Below are positions 62,009 through 64,000 of a stretch of DNA of 64,000 bases, one piece after another. This DNA is from Phoronis australis. Taxonomy: Eukaryota > Animalia > Phoronida. The stretch's first letter is position 1, and the number at the start of each line of letters is the position of its first letter. Position numbers and translations under genes: made by a program. The stretch covers positions 186,001 to 250,000 of the forward strand of contig NMRA01000542.1 of the NCBI GenBank assembly GCA_002633005.1, written 5' to 3'. The notes below the pieces were generated by a model. It was not told the origin of the DNA. It searched no databases and saw nothing but the letters and a program-made list of their open reading frames with translations.

Positions 62009-62216
62009 TTAAAGATGCTAAATGCGAGCATGAGTTATTGTGCGTGTGAAGACTGGTTAGTTAAAGATGCTAAATGCGAGCATGAGTTATTGTGCGTGTG
62101 AAGGCTGGTTAGTTAAAGATGCTAAATGCGAGCATGAGTTATTGTGCGTGTGAAGACTGGTTAGTTAAAGATGCTAAATGCGAGCATGAGTTATTGTGCG
62201 TGTGAAGGCTGGTTAG
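62009..62216. repeat. Tandem repeat, 52 bp x 4
   Basis: Unit TTAAAGATGCTAAATGCGAGCATGAGTTATTGTGCGTGTGAAGrCTGGTTAG, with alternating A/G variants. Confidence 0.95.
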
Positions 62217-64000
62217 TCTTATATTGCCACTGTATACAATGCTCCTTTCAACACGCTCTGTTAAAAACAATGTTTTAATTAATCTAGTGTTCTCCAAAAT
62301 GTAGCTGTGTACTCTCTGGTTACTGTAAGTGAATTTTAGCTCTGTTTGAGTTGGGCATTTTCAGTCGATACCTTTGGCTTGTTCCATATTGGTTGCCTGA
62401 ACACAGTCTATGCTTTCCACTTCTCATTGCAATTGACTTCCAGCATTTAATTTGTATCACCTAGAATACACAGGCATCCTAAGTACTGTATTGATCTTCT
62501 ATTAATGACATATCAAGTGTTGTGAATACCTAAAACTATAACTGGACATCAGCGAGGCAATATACTCAAAATTAACATAAGCTTTGTATGATATAAAAAT
62601 TACTTTTACAATTACAATTTTTTGTTTTTAAGCATCATATTTTGTGTCTCGCCCCTGGTATGTCTGTCATGAAACAACCTATTTTTCACATGTAAAACTT
62701 GGAAGGCATTTGTTTCGTATTTGGTCTATCGTCAGTTTTACTTACCGTCAGACACATAATATGTGTAATTTAGTCATAAAACTTGTACACCAGTTTTGAA
62801 AATTTAAACTGGACAATGTCAAAATTCGACGTAAAGTTTGAATATCTTCTCAGCTTTTTGATGAACCCGTTTCAATTCTATCTTAATCTCAATGAAATCT
62901 TTACAGGTGTTGCTCGAAGCACTTCGTCGAAATCGCAACAACTTGCCTTGCCAATCCATTCACTAATAAATAATTAGCAATAGAGTCATATTAAACTCTG
63001 CTAATACAAATTCAACCAAACTGCCAAATAATTCTGGCAATAAGTTAGTCCAAGTTTGGCATAGTCTGACAGAGTGTTCTATTCAAGACTGTCTCTAGTT
63101 TATTTTGAAATCTACTTTACTATTTCACCGCATAGCAGAAGCTCTGCACTAATTCCTGTTGTAGAATACAACTTACTCCACCTGGCTGACACTCTCGAAA
63201 TCAATCACTGTGTCACTGTCATATTTTCTGTATTTTTTATCAAAAATCCTCTTTAACAGATCGACTTGTGCAAAACATGTTTAAAGTGTTAACATTCACT
63301 TTTATAACTGTGAGATTTGTCCTGCAAGTCCATAATATGAGCCAATTTTAGACTTGTAATGGCCTTACCTGTGCACACCTGTGCTATCCAGCTACACATG
63401 TATACATCTTAGCCTGTTTACTCAGGGGCTCCTATCTCTTCCAGATTGTATTACCTTTCTTTGTATCCCAGTTCTCTATTGTTACCCATCCTGGTTTCAG
63501 GATTATGTTCTAAGGTGACCTGGCTGACCTCCACTCTACCATGGGAACTTTTTCAAACCTTTTTTCCTCAAGAGCTCCCGTAGAAGCCTTTTATTTGTGG
63601 GGGGCTCTTTAAGAAGTCATCACTGTGAGAAGACATTTTAGTACAGGGCTCGATTTGGCGATCTACAGCTTGCCAATGCGACCTTAGATTTTTTGACATC
63701 ACAAAGTCACAGGATTTTGTCGTGTTGCAGTCAATTAAAGTCAGACAAATGAGAATTCACCCATAATTCATTTCAAAATTTGTGGTGACTTCAAAAATGA
63801 GTGGCATTTTTCCCCAAGTATAATACCTTTGGTTCACAATTCTTTTTATTTTGTGAAATTAATATATCTGCCACCCTCAGCACACATTCGAGCACGCACA
63901 CACACAAACAGGAAGTAAAGAAACGGAGTTGGAGTTCTTCGACAAAACTGGCGTTGCCCGGCAAATAGTGTGTTCTGATTGTGTTCTTTTTCCTTATATT

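Noticed and set aside
62712-62740. Second hammerhead-like CTGACGA...GAAAC on the minus strand
   Set aside because: No stem II pairing and no NUH cleavage triplet with stem I.

Overview
AT-rich eukaryotic (animal) genomic DNA with spliced genes. Gene content and repeat style suggest an invertebrate deuterostome, possibly a hemichordate; this is inference only. Five protein-coding genes were rebuilt by hand from GT-AG junctions with consistent exon phases: CCDC61 (-, runs off the left edge), a GPR180/TMEM145-family 7TM protein (-), UBXN1 (+), EFCAB11 (-), and the first two exons of a probable FBXO11 (+, runs off the right edge). GPR180-like/UBXN1 and EFCAB11/FBXO11-like are head-to-head pairs with start codons only about 240 and 300 bp apart. 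UBXN1 exons 6-9 occur twice around a 304-N gap with only synonymous coding differences, most likely two uncollapsed haplotypes. Introns and intergenic DNA carry many minisatellites and non-autonomous transposons (Harbinger-, Kolobok-, hAT- and Helentron-like, tRNA-derived SINEs). A fold-back element carries a minimal type-I hammerhead ribozyme motif of the Penelope-like retroelement kind. I found no convincing wholly new gene system. The most notable signals are the intronic hammerhead, a possible internal UBXN1 promoter, repeat-borne CTCF-like motifs and apparent ancestral synteny.
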